Shown piece by piece: positions 22,621 through 34,472 of a stretch of 45,659 nucleotides of DNA (positions are counted from its first letter, which is position 1; the number at the start of each line of letters is the position of its first letter). The stretch covers positions 1-45,659 of the forward strand of contig NW_021834803.1 of the NCBI RefSeq assembly GCF_006345805.1. Direction: 5' to 3'. A program made the position numbers and the translations under genes. This stretch comes from Octopus sinensis (lineage: Eukaryota). The notes beneath the pieces were generated by a model that made no database searches, had not been told where the DNA came from, and saw only the letters and a list, made by a program, of their open reading frames with translations.

Positions 22621-22731
22621 AAGTTCCTGGATTTTCCTGAAGAGAAAGCTGCATAATGGACTCCTTATTCATTCGGAATTAGGGATTTTGCAGACTTCGA
22701 AACATATGTCGAAAATAAAATAAAGGAATTT
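22621..22731 (+). ncRNA. type I hammerhead ribozyme, predicted cleavage after C22710 (GUC)
   Basis: Stem I ATTTTC/GAAAAT plus distal AAGTTCCT/AGGAATTT; core CTGAAGA; stem II closed by G22644-C22698 with CTGCA/TGCAG; GAAA; palindromic stem III ACATATGT; C17. Confidence 0.82.
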
Positions 22732-22923
22732 TGTTAAATCTTCGTTCAGCTCCATTCTTTCCTATACTTATTATATTAAATTAAACTTCAAATTTCTGCA
22801 CTAAGGCATGGAGTATATGCCCTATGGTCGTAACTTCAACCGTGCTTTTTCTGTTGTGAGTTTGCTACCCAGGTATCGGTTATCTTTCGAATTATTCGTA
22901 ATAAGATAATTCATTTATCTACT

Positions 22924-22972
<49 letters not shown>

Positions 22973-23590
22973 GATGATGGGCTTCTTTCAGTTTCTGCCT
23001 ACGAAATCTACTCTCAAGGCTTTGGTTGGCCTGAGGCTATAATAGAAGACATTTGTCTGAGATGCCATACAGTGGGAATGAACCCAGAACTATGTGGTTG
23101 GGAAACATCTATGACACCATTATGAATTCTGAGGGTACCAGCACCACCACCTTTTAGCGTATTTAGTTTTGGAAATGTTCCTTTATGCATGGCAAATTGC
23201 ATTTCATGAAGGTGTGTGATCTGGTGGTTAGTATGTTGCATTCATGATCACCAGATTGTGGGTTTGATTCCCAGACTGGGCAGTAGAATGTGTTATTGAG
23301 CAAAACACTTCATTTTATGTTGTTCTAATGATGCATGGAGACCAGTAAGCCAAAGAATAGACCCAATGTGAGTTGTAAAAAGTGATTAAAAGGGGTTCAA
23401 GTATGATTTGCACTCTGACCTCGTAAAAGCCTCACCAGCAATGACCACCCAAACAGACCCATGGGTTGGAGAGTTGTTGCATGAGTGGTGCAGAGGTGTC
23501 CCCTGCCAGGAATAGTAGAGAATCACCAAAAAATGATGGATGCAGTGATGCATTGTTACAGCACAGGTCCTCATACCACCACCACTACCA

Positions 23591-23646
<56 letters not shown>

Positions 23647-23682
23647 TCATTCATTCATTCATTTTAAACTTTTTTTTTTATT

Positions 23683-24100
23683 GATGTGGCTGTGTGGTAA
23701 GTAGCTTGCTACCCAACCATATGGTTCTGGGTTCAGTCCCATTGCGTGTCATCTTGGGCAACTGTCTTCTGCTATAGCCCCGGGCCGACCAATGCCTTGT
23801 GAGTGGATTTGGTAGACGGAAACTGAAAGAAGCCTGTCGTATATATGTATATATATATATGTATGTCTGTGTGTGTGTGTGTGTGTTTGTGTGTGTGTGT
23901 TTGTCCCCCTAGCATTGCTTGACAACCGATGCTGGTGTGTTTACGTCCCCGTCACTTAGCGGTTCGGCAAAAGAGACCGATACAATAAGTACTGGGCTTC
24001 CAAAGAATAAGTCCCAGGGTCGATTTGCTCGACTAAAGGCGGTGCTCCAGCATGGCCGCAGTCAAATGACTGAAACATGTAAAAGAGTAAAAGAGAGAGA
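23683..24100 (+). mobile_element. full-length SINE family A
   Basis: Same head, body and tail as the other copies. Confidence 0.92.
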
Positions 24101-24561
24101 GTAATCCTTTCTGAAAACTCTTTGTGTAGCTGTGATAAATTTTTATCTTTTATTTATTACTTGTTTCATTTGTTGGACTGTGGCCATGCTGGGGCACCAC
24201 CTTGAAGGGTTTTATTTGAACAAATCGACCCACTACTTACTTTTAAGTTTCATACTTATTCTGTCAGTCTCTTTTGCTGCACTGCTAAGATACAGTGATA
24301 CAGGCAAACTAACAAGTGATGGTAGGGGTCATGTACAAAGGTGCACGCACACACACACGTTTACACAATTCCTGGAATATGGCATATATGCCTGTTACCC
24401 TTTTCTAATCTTCAATCTCAATGTTTGTTTATATCTGATGTCTTGAATACAAAATGTCATAATTAAAATGAGTGCTGGCTACGATTTCTATGGCAAATCT
24501 GAAGAGATAACCTTAACAAGTAATGTAATAGCACTGCTAACACAGTAGAACACAGTATAGA

Positions 24562-24988
24562 CTTACTCTTTTACTTGTTTCAGTCATGTGACCATGGCCA
24601 TGCTGGAGCACTGCCTTTAGTCGAGCAAATCGACCCCAGGTCTTATTCTTTGTAAGCCTAGTACTTATTCTATCGGTTTCTTTCGCCGTACCGCTAAGTT
24701 ACGGGAACGTAAACACACCAGCACTGGATGCCAAGCGATGTTGGGGAGGACAAACACAGACACACAAACACACACACACATACATATACATATATATACA
24801 TACACATATAAATATATATACATACAATGGGCTTCTTTCAGTTTCCGTCTACCAAATCCACTCACAAAGCTTTAGTCGGCCCGAGGCTATAGCAGAAGAC
24901 ACTTGCCCAAGGTGCCACGCAGTGAGACTTGAACCCAGAACCATGTGGTTGGTAAGCAAGCTACTTACCACACAGCTGCTCCTACACC
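24562..24988 (-). mobile_element. full-length SINE family A
   Basis: Same head, body and tail, in reverse orientation. Confidence 0.92.
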
Positions 24989-25987
24989 TATAGAATATTA
25001 TAGAATATCATGTAGAATATCATGGTTGCGTAACGAAATGCTACGTCGTCTCTACAAGTCATTAATGTTTACAAACAAGAAACTGCACAGCCACATACAA
25101 AGTGAATGACTTGTGTTGGATGTGCTACTTGAGTTTACGAATCGCAAAGTTTAAAATAAAATGTATTTACTGAAGTGACCAGATATATCAATTAAACTTG
25201 ATCGTTAGAGATCACCAGAAAGGTTATATTTATTGTGCCATAAAAGGATAAATCTCTCTCTCTCTCTCATTTGTCAACGGATAATGGTAATGAGGATGAT
25301 GAAAATGATGCTATCTTAAGGTTTAAAGTAGACAAGACTTTTAATATGAAGAAGGTCAGTTAGTACTAAAGGAGAAATGCCACAAAGAGATTTTATAAAT
25401 CAATAAGAGATATATTAAAAATTTTTATCTTCCAATCAATGTCAAATCTGGTGTCGTTCTACATCGTAGCCGTCTTTTGTCCTTTGCTGCTCGTGTGCTC
25501 TGTAGCGTTGAAGATTGATTGTCAGTTTTTGAATGTATTGCAATTTACCAGCGTTTGTTCTGTTCGATACCTACAAATATATAATTACATCTATACAATG
25601 TGAAAACTAATTAAAATGACGGAAACGATATTTCACAATGTAACGGAGACAAGAATCTACAATTTCTTGAAATGGAACTGCCGGAAAGATAATAAGGTGC
25701 TGCAGATTTTAACAGAGTTATTAAAACGGAAAATAGAGGTAGCAACAATTGTAGTGATGGCGGTGGTCATTGTTGACAACGTAACATCTTTTATGTGGTC
25801 ATCTAAACTGCTAGAAACAACAACCAAATCTGTAAAAAATTTTACTCTCCTTTGTTTGTGACTGAAAAGATTTTGTAAATTTGCTGTCTCTGTCAATCTC
25901 TTTTGCCAAAGTGCTAAGTTACAGGATTGTGAAAAAACCTTAACACTACTTTCCAAGTGGTGGGGGTGGGACATGGACACATACACA

Positions 25988-26032
<45 letters not shown>

Positions 26033-26922
26033 CACACACACATAGTAGCCTTCTATCAGTTTCCATCTTCAAATCCACTCACAAGGCTTCAGTCAGCCCA
26101 AAGCTATAGCAGAAGACACTTGCCCAAAGTGCCATACATTGGAACTGAACCCAGAACCATGTGGTTGGGAAGCAAACTTTTTACCAGACAGCCACACTTG
26201 TGCTGATGACATTATTCACTCATCATCATCATTATTGCCTTCAACACTGTCATTACGATAACGATGATTAATTACCTTTATTATTATCTCAGGTAATGAA
26301 CTGGAAGAATGGTTAACGTATCAGAACAAAAAAAAAGAATTTTGGTATAGATTTGTTCTGACTTTGCCTTTTATCCTTTCAGGATCGATACAATAAGTAC
26401 CAGTTGCATACTGGGGTCGACGTAATTGACTAGTCTCCTCCCCTATCATTTCAGGTCTTTTACCTACAGTAGAACGGATTAGTATTATGGTTATCATTAT
26501 CATTGATCCAAAGGCAGTAAGCTGGCAGAATCATTAGCACTCTGGGCAAAATACCTAACTCATCTTTATGTTATGAGTTCAAATTCCACCAAGGGTTGAT
26601 CAATTAAGTACCAGTAGAATACTGGGGTCGATACAATAGACTAGCCTCCTTCTTCAAAATTTCAGACCTTTCAGGATTATTATCATTAATTTGATTCAGG
26701 TTCATTCTTATTCCTGGTAGAATTTATGTGGGTAGCAGGTTACTACCTGTAACCTTAGGTATCCACACTCATTCAATAGTCTTTCAAATGCTTAAATACC
26801 CTCCTGGTAATCTTTCTTGTCCTTAACAGGCAAACTTTATGTAGAAGCTCTACAGGACATTCTGTTCCAGTCTCCTTCAATTATTTGTCTATATCTTTAC
26901 TTACAGTTCTTAATGCACTTTA

Positions 26923-27142
26923 GGGTGGCAAGCTGGCAGAATCGTTAGCGCGGCAGGTGAAATGCTTAACGGTATTTCATCTGTCTTTACATTCTGAGTT
27001 CAAATTCTGTCGAGGTCGACTTTGCCTTTCATCCTTTCGGGGTTGATTAAATAAGTTCCAGTTACACACTGAGGTCGATGTAACCCTTTGTCTGTCCTTG
27101 TTTGTCCCCTCTATGTTTAGCCCCCTGTGGGCAATAAAGAGA
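26923..27142 (+). mobile_element. full-length SINE family B (within a cluster of decayed B copies at 26350-27520)
   Basis: Head, B box and central domain as at 17806. Confidence 0.88.
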
Positions 27143-28629
27143 TTAATATTATGGGCACATTATTGCCTTTCATTCTTTCAGGGTCAATAAATTATGTACC
27201 AGTGAGACACTGGGGTCGATGTGATTGACTAGTCTCCGCCTACCAAATTTCAGGCCTTGTGCCTTTTGTAGAAAGGATCATCATCATCATCATCATCATT
27301 ATTATGGTGAGAAGCTGGAAGAATTATTGGCGCGTCAAACAAAATGCTCGGTGGCATATCTTTTAGTGCTTTACTTTTTGAGTTCAAATTCCACTGAGGT
27401 TATCTTTATCTCTCATCCTTTCAGGGTTAATAAAATAAGTACCAGTCGAGCACTGGGGGGGGGGGGTCAATGTAATTGATTTATCCCCTCCTCTAAAATT
27501 GCTGGCATTGTGCCAGAAATGGAAAGAACCATCATCGTCATTGTCAACAACATCAACATCAAAATGTTTTCAACAGTTTTATGCATGTACCAACTACACC
27601 TCTATGTGGTCATCTAAACTGCTAGAAATAACAATGAAATCTGAAAATTTTTTAGAGGTGGGTGCAGCATTGTCTTTTAGAGATGTATGATTATGCTTCT
27701 GCATGCCATATCATATTCTAAACCCTCATCACAGTAAAGTCCCCTGCTTTTGTACTACATCTCCAATTGAGGGAGTCTTGCAACCTTGCTAATTTACTGA
27801 TTTACTTGCAACTTTTCTGATGTTGGTGCTGCAAAAAAAAAAAGTCACCCAATACACACTATAAAGTGGATGGTGTTAGAAAGGATATCTGGCTCTGGAA
27901 ATTGTACCAAAGCAGACATCAGAACTTGGTGAAGTCTTCTAGCTCACCAGCTGCTGTTGAACTGTCCAACCCATGCCAGCATGAAAAAAAAAACTGATGT
28001 TAAATGATGATGACCATATATATATTGCTTTGTTTTTAAGATTCTTGCTTATCCTATTGGTCTTCTCTGTCGAACAACTATGTCATGTGGATGTAAGTAA
28101 ACCAACACTGGATATCAAATGGTGGTGGTGGCGTGGCGGCATTGGTGAAAACACATATTTAAAAAATTTTTTTAATTTTATTTTATCTAGTTTCAGCTCA
28201 CGAGCTGTGGCCATGCTGGGGCACCGCCATATGTACAAGCACACACACACACCCCACACATACACACACACATCCCGCACATGCACACACACACCGCACA
28301 TGCACACACACTGCACACACACACGCCACGCACACACACTGCTCATGCATGCACACACACACACACACAGACACACACTGCACACACACACATAATGAGT
28401 TTTGACTCAGTTTCTTTCTACCAAACTCACTCACAAGGCATTCGTCAGCTCGGTGCTATAACAGAAGACATTTATCAAAAGTGCTGTGAAGTGGAACTGA
28501 ACTAGAAACCATGTGATTGCTAACCCTAACCCTGTATGCTTTCGTTCATGTTATTTATCACAAACCATGCTCAAATTATAATCGGTGCTCCATACTCCGT
28601 ATTTTATATTCCATATGAATATACTTGTT

Positions 28630-29057
28630 TGAATGCCTGAGACAGGACTCCCTGAATAAACTGTTTTACAGTGAACTGGCAGGCAGAAGGCAAGTGCATG
28701 CTAGGTGGACTGAAAAGTATTTCAAGGACACACTGAAACCCTAACTGAAGAGTTTTGAGATCAACCCAACACCTGGGAAACCCAAACTCAAGATTGCCCT
28801 ACCTGGTGAAGATCTTTCAACAGAAGTGCCACCTCATACGAACAGAACAGGATTTCAGGAGCATGAAGAGAACGGGAACTACACAAGTCCAGGGCCAATT
28901 GCTTGCCTTCAGTCCTGGCAGACCACCAGTGCCCGACCTACAGAAGAGCCTTCTGAGCATGCATAGGAGTAGTCAGCCTCAGCCAGATACACTGTGACCT
29001 GTCTTCTTCTCCCATGCGATGTCCTTGCTCATCATCGATAACGATGGATGAACACAT
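28630..29057 (+). mobile_element. RTE-1/AviRTE-like LINE 3' end, decayed
   Basis: Reads RMPE.GLP..LFYSEL, YFKDTLK, LKSFEIN, HQCPTYRRAF across frameshifts. The 3' end is CATCATCGATAACGATGGATGAACAC. Confidence 0.7.
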
Positions 29058-29104
29058 AATAGATAAACACATTGATCTTATTTCTGTTTGTCTAACTTTC
29101 TACC

Positions 29105-29625
29105 CTTCTCTCCCCCTCTCTCTCTCCCTGCTCTCTCTCTCTTTCTCTCCCCCTCTCTTTCTCTCCCCCTCTCTCCCTGCTCTCTCTTTCTCTCCCTGCT
29201 CTCTCTTTCTCTCCCTGCTCTCTCTCTCTCTTTCTCTCCCCCTCTCTCTCCCTGCTCTCTTTCTCTTCCCCTCTCTCTCCCTGCTCTCTCTCTCTTTCTC
29301 TCCCCCTCTCTCTCCCTGCTCTCTCTCTTTCTCTCCCTCTCTTTCTCTTTCCCTCTCTCCCTGCTCTCTCTCTCTTTCTCTCCCACTCTCTCTCTCTCCC
29401 TGCTCTCTCTTCTCTTTCTCTCTCCCTCTCTCTTTCTCCCTCCTCTCTCCCTCTCCCTCCTCTCCCCCTCTCTCTTTCTCCCTCCTCTCTCCCTCTCTCT
29501 TTCTCTCCCCACTTGTCTTTCTCTCTCTCTCTTTTTCTCTCTTTCTCTCTTTCATCTCCCCCTCTCTCTCTTTCTCTCTCCCACCCTCTCCTTTTCGCCC
29601 TCCCTCTTCTCTCCCCATTCTCCCT
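29105..29625. repeat. ~520-bp polypyrimidine (CT-rich) tract with a recurring CCCTGCTCTCTC unit
   Basis: Direct reading. Confidence 0.95.
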
Positions 29626-30135
29626 CTAAATATATACACATACACACACAAGAGATTTCTACTTTCTGCCTATGAATTTTCTCTCACAAGGTACTGGTCA
29701 AGTTACAACTATATATTGATGCACTTGTTATAGTTGCCGCTGCTGCTGCTGCTGCTAATGTTTGTCTTTGGGTGGTGGTGGTGGTGGTGGTATTATCATC
29801 AGTGTCGTTGTCATTGATTTCGAACAGTTTCAGCCGGGGGGAGGGGCGGGGGTGTGTGACTTTATTTGAGTAACCAGACACAGGGGCACCATGCTGGCCA
29901 GTTGTTTGTTTAGAACGAAAGAAACTCACCAGTCTAGCACAAAAAATATGCTGATAGAATTTATCTAGCATCTGCCATTTCACAGAACCAGAATAAAATG
30001 CATTTTTTTTTATTTTGCTTCTTCTTTCTTATTGGCATTTTGGTTCTGTGTGTGTTTTGTTTTTGGTGTAGGAGGCGTTGTTGTCCAGTGTTCTGATTCT
30101 TGAAGAGCTCAGCAATCACATGATCCCTATTTCAA

Positions 30136-30525
30136 ATGGAAGCAAAGTGGCTGAGTTCCTTTCGAGTGTTGGACCTCATGGAGGCGAGGTGGCTTAGCTT
30201 TTTTCAAACGGGCCTCACAGACGCGAAGTGGTTGAGTTCCTTTCGAGTGTTGGGCCTCACGAAGGCAATGACCAAGACCTTTGGTATCATGTCATGCTTG
30301 AGAACAAGACCCATCAAGCCAAGCAAAATTGCAGTTGTGGCAGATTCCAGTGTCATGTAAATGGCACCTGTGCCAGTGGCACATAGAAAGTGTGGTTGGT
30401 GTTAGGAAGGGCATCCAGTCGTAGAAAACCATGCCAAATCAGACTGGAATCTGGTGCAGCCTTCCAGTGTGCCAGCCCAGTCAAAACCGTCCAACCCATG
30501 CCAGCATGGACAACGGATGATGATG
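30136..30525 (+). mobile_element. RTE LINE 3' end with a triplicated ORF-end segment
   Basis: Three variants of GTGGCTGAGTTCCTTTCGAGTGTTGGGCCTCA, then LGLTKAMTK, the shared terminal module and a (GAT)n tail. Confidence 0.75.
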
Positions 30526-30659
30526 AAACAGTTTTTAAAATAGGAACCATAAACTAGAGAAAATTATTTACACAGTACTAGACCAAGTATTTGCCAAGCT
30601 TTGGACCAGAATTTCCTTAGGTTTCTGAACTTCCTGATTTTCTGGTGACAATCTAAACA

Positions 30660-31205
30660 CAGTGATACCTCACAATACAAGTTTAATTCGTTCCATGACT
30701 GAGCTCATCTTAGAATTTACTCATTTTACAAATCAATTTTCCCCATTGTAATTAACTAAAATATAATTAATCTATCCCAGCCCCACAAAAACCACTCAAA
30801 AATATCTTTTTATGGGTTTTTAAAAAAGAAAATGTGTAGTTACAAGTAAAATGACAATTGTAAAGAAAGGAGAATGCAAATTGGGTATATGCTGTGTATG
30901 ATATGCAGGGTATCTACTGTAGAAATATACCTTGCAAGACTCTACACACAATTTTTGAACTGTGTGTAGAATTTTGAACTTTGATATGGTTTTTAGCTTT
31001 TATTTTTTACTTGTTCCAGTCACTGGACAGAATGCAAAAGAAATATGTAAACTGGTTTTAGTAACTGAATTACCTTGAAGATGGGACAATTTTCATGCTC
31101 ATGCTATGGTTTCTGCTTGTACTTGAAGACAAAAATTCACATGAGTCTCGGCTCATACAGCGAATTACTCATACAATGGTGCACTCGTACTGCGAGCTCC
31201 TGCTG
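30660..31205. mobile_element. old Tigger/pogo-like MITE (tentative)
   Basis: The left end CAGTGATACCTCACAATACAAG and right end CTCGTACTGCGAGCTCCTGCTG+TA are imperfect inverted repeats (14/22). Confidence 0.45.
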
Positions 31206-31651
31206 TATATACTCGAAATATAAAACGAACAGTGAAAATAAAGAACTAAATGAACCATGAAAATAAAGAACTAAATTGTATGTAGCAGATTCAAATTAAT
31301 ACTAAAACTTTGTCTGATTGATGTCTCTTAAAATTCTTGAAATAAATCATATTTTATCATGATTACAGTATAACGTTTATGAAAAAAAAAAAATTGAAAA
31401 TAATCTATATCTGTTAAATAAAATCAATACAATTCTAAGGCAGGGTCTGTTTGATATTTATCAATCCACTTAAAATTCTTAAAATATATAATATTGTACT
31501 ATTTATAGAGTATAATGTTTATAGGATGAAAATTAAACAAAAAAAAAATAAAGAACATGATTTTATTTAAACGGATACAAAAATACAAATTAATACATTT
31601 CTGAAGTAGAGCTTATTTAATCTCTCTCAGTCCTCTTCAAAAAGTATAGAA

Positions 31652-31897
31652 CAAAAGATTGGTATATTTCGGTCATATTATGTGGAGAAAATCCCTGGAG
31701 AAGGACATCATGCTAGGAATGGTCAGTGGCAAGAGAGGAAGAGGCCGACCAAGAACCCGCTGGCTTGACACCATCAGGAGTGATACCAGAATGGACATAG
31801 CCAATCTGAAAGAAGCGGCCCAGGATAGAACTGACTGGAGGACACTGATCCAACGAGTGACCGAGAGTCGACTTCGACTGAGCGGAGAGATAGATAG
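31652..31897 (+). mobile_element. BovB-like RTE LINE 3' end
   Basis: Open frame LVYFGHIMWRKSLEKDIMLGMVSGKRGRGRPRTRWLDTI...LKEAAQDRTDWRTLIQRVTESRLRL, the C-terminal pattern of the RTE-BovB group. It has a (GATA) tail. Confidence 0.8.
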
Positions 31898-32673
31898 TAT
31901 GTAAATTAACCAATTTCAAAAACAGGGTCTATTTACTCAATATAGGGTACAGCATAGTACCTGGTATTCCACAGTATTCGTGGAAGCTGAATAAGAAGTC
32001 CATTACTAGTTGTTGTTCTGTTGCTCAGCTCCTTTGCCACTACTAGCAACACTGCTGGTTCTCAATGTGTAACCTTATGATTGTCTCAGCTTCTTTTTAG
32101 TTTGTTTATGTTCCCCGTAACTTAGTGGCTCAGCAAAAGAGACCAATAGAATAAGTACTAAGCTTACAAAGAATGAGTCCTGGGGTTGATTTGTTTGACT
32201 AAAGGTGGTGTTCCAGCATGGCCACAGTCAAATGACTGAAACAAATAGGAGTAAAAGTGTATATATACATACACACTCATATACGTAACTACACACATAC
32301 AAACACGCATACATACATGCATGTACACACATACACTCTCATACACATTCATATATATACATATACACTCGTATACTTTGTTACATACATACGCACATGC
32401 ATACATATTTGCATACACACACACATACACATGCATAGATATGCATATATGATTGGTTTCCAGAGATTTCCATTCAACAGATTCACTCAAAAGTAATTGG
32501 TCAGTCCTTGGTTAATGTAGGAGACACTTGCCTAAGGTGCCACTCAGTAAGACTGAACCTGAAGCCATGTGGCTACAAATGGAAATTGTTAACCACACTG
32601 CCAAGTCATTTGTATTTCCACAAAAAATATCACAGCAAAATAAGCTGGAGGGGGAATTATAGTAGTCCTCCTC

Positions 32674-32995
32674 ATCATCATCATCGTTTAACGTCTGTTT
32701 TTCCATGCTGGCATGGGTTGGACGGTTTGACTGAGGTCTGGAGGGCTAGCAGCTGCACCAGGCTCCAATCTGATCTGGCAATGTTTCTACAGGTGGATGC
32801 CCTTCCTAACGTCAACCACTCTCCAAGAGTGTAGTGGGTGCTTTTTACGTGCCACCAGCACAGGAGCCAGTCATGGTGCTTTTTACATTCCACTGGCACA
32901 GGAGCCAGTCAGGGGGCACTGGTATTGGTCACATCCAGATGGTGCTTTTTACGTGCCACCAGCATGGGAGTCAGTCAGGGGGTTGTCACCAGCAT
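32674..32995 (-). mobile_element. RTE 3' terminal module with subrepeats
   Basis: Begins CATCATCATCGTTTAACGTCTG, as in the other copies. Confidence 0.85.
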
Positions 32996-33714
32996 GGGAG
33001 CTGATTACGCTAAATCTAAAAATGTAATGGAATGACCCCTTGGTTGCGGATCTCTCCAGTTCAACTGAACCTAGAACAAGCAATAGGAAAGCTACTCTAT
33101 GGCCACTTGGTCTTCTAGAAACAGCAGCTAAGTCTCCTCCAAATCAATGTAATTATTGTCCAAAAGGAGATAAGATAAATCAGCTGATGTAGTCCTAATC
33201 ATTCTATATCAGCAAAACAGACCAAATAGCCATACCTGAAGTAAATGTTTTAGCTTATAAGTCTGCTCTGACAAGCATTTTGTAAAGGAAACTATGTGGT
33301 TGCTTGACTTGCTAGATATGACAGTCAATACTCTTTCAAATTGTATCTTACTGTTGTCTAATGTGAGGAAAGATACATTGATTAATGTAGTCCTAGTTAT
33401 ACTACATCAGAAAAAGTGAATACGTGAATGTAGGTTATGTGCCATCAACTTGGAGCTAGAGCTAGCTATGAAGGATGCTACTATCTGGCCTCTTGACTTT
33501 TTCTCTCTTTCTCCGTCTCTTTGTATATATGGGTGGTTGGTGTTAGGAAGGGCATCCAGCCATAAAAACCCTGGCAAAACAAAGAAGTCTGGTGCAGGCT
33601 CCTGCCTGGCTGGCTCCTGTCAAACCGTGCTGTACATTCCAGCATGGAAGGTGGACATTAAACAATGATGTTGCTAATGATGATATCTATCTGTCTCTCT
33701 GTATGTATGTGTGA

Positions 33715-33766
<52 letters not shown>

Positions 33767-34325
33767 AACATGGATAAATAGATTTTACAGTCAAGTTTTC
33801 CTTAGATTCTATTACAAACAGTTAGGTAATTGAGATGTACCGTTTCAAAAACCAAGTTAGGTATTAGAAATGCTACATCTCAATTTGGTTTTCTGAAACC
33901 AAATTGAGATGTAGTGTAATGAAAAAAAAAAAAATTCTTTATTGTTTCTCCGTGTGTTTACTCTGGTGCCTCTTTCACCCAGCTACCTCTACAACGTATG
34001 AATAAAAGACAGGAATAATACTAAATGAAGTTCCTCTGAACTGGTGTCCATTTCTGTTGTCAGAACTTCAAATTAACTGACAATGAAACTAACGAGAACC
34101 AGAATTGTGACTGTGACCTACTGAAAGACAGCTAAGCGTCTTGGATGTGAAAGTACTTGTGAAGTTCTGGTGACACATTTGTAATATAGCTACTAAAATC
34201 AATACCGCATCTATTTCGCTTTGTACTTGAAATATCTATGTGCAGTGTTATAAACACACATAGCAACAAACTTGTTTTGTCATATATTCTTTCTCTCATC
34301 ATAGATACATAATTTTACACATACG

Positions 34326-34415
<90 letters not shown>

Positions 34416-34430
34416 ATGTGTATATAACTA

Positions 34431-34467
<37 letters not shown>

Positions 34468-34472
<5 letters not shown>

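Larger units (their letters stand above)
22379..22771. mobile_element. fold-back element: two 175-bp PLE-type terminal repeats head-to-head around a 43-bp spacer
   Basis: Arms 22379-22553 and 22597-22771 are reverse complements at 174/175 positions (one mismatch, 22456/22694). Flanks are AT-rich. Confidence 0.9.

Noticed and set aside
23385-23520. 41-codon plus frame FKYDLHSDLVKASPAMTTQTDPW
   Set aside because: It resembles a very decayed RTE ORF end (KHDL..LGLTEAMT.DRDLW), not a host exon.
29014-29733. Long Ser/Leu- and Glu/Arg-rich ORFs (also 40476-41069 and 21982-22404)
   Set aside because: They are translations of CT/GA microsatellite.
30079-30205. Strong acceptor followed by EALLSSVLILEELSNHM...
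   Set aside because: It runs into an RTE relic, hits a stop and has no good donor.
31245-31278. Short direct repeat GAAAATAAAGAACTAAAT x2
   Set aside because: An ordinary slippage duplication in AT-rich DNA.
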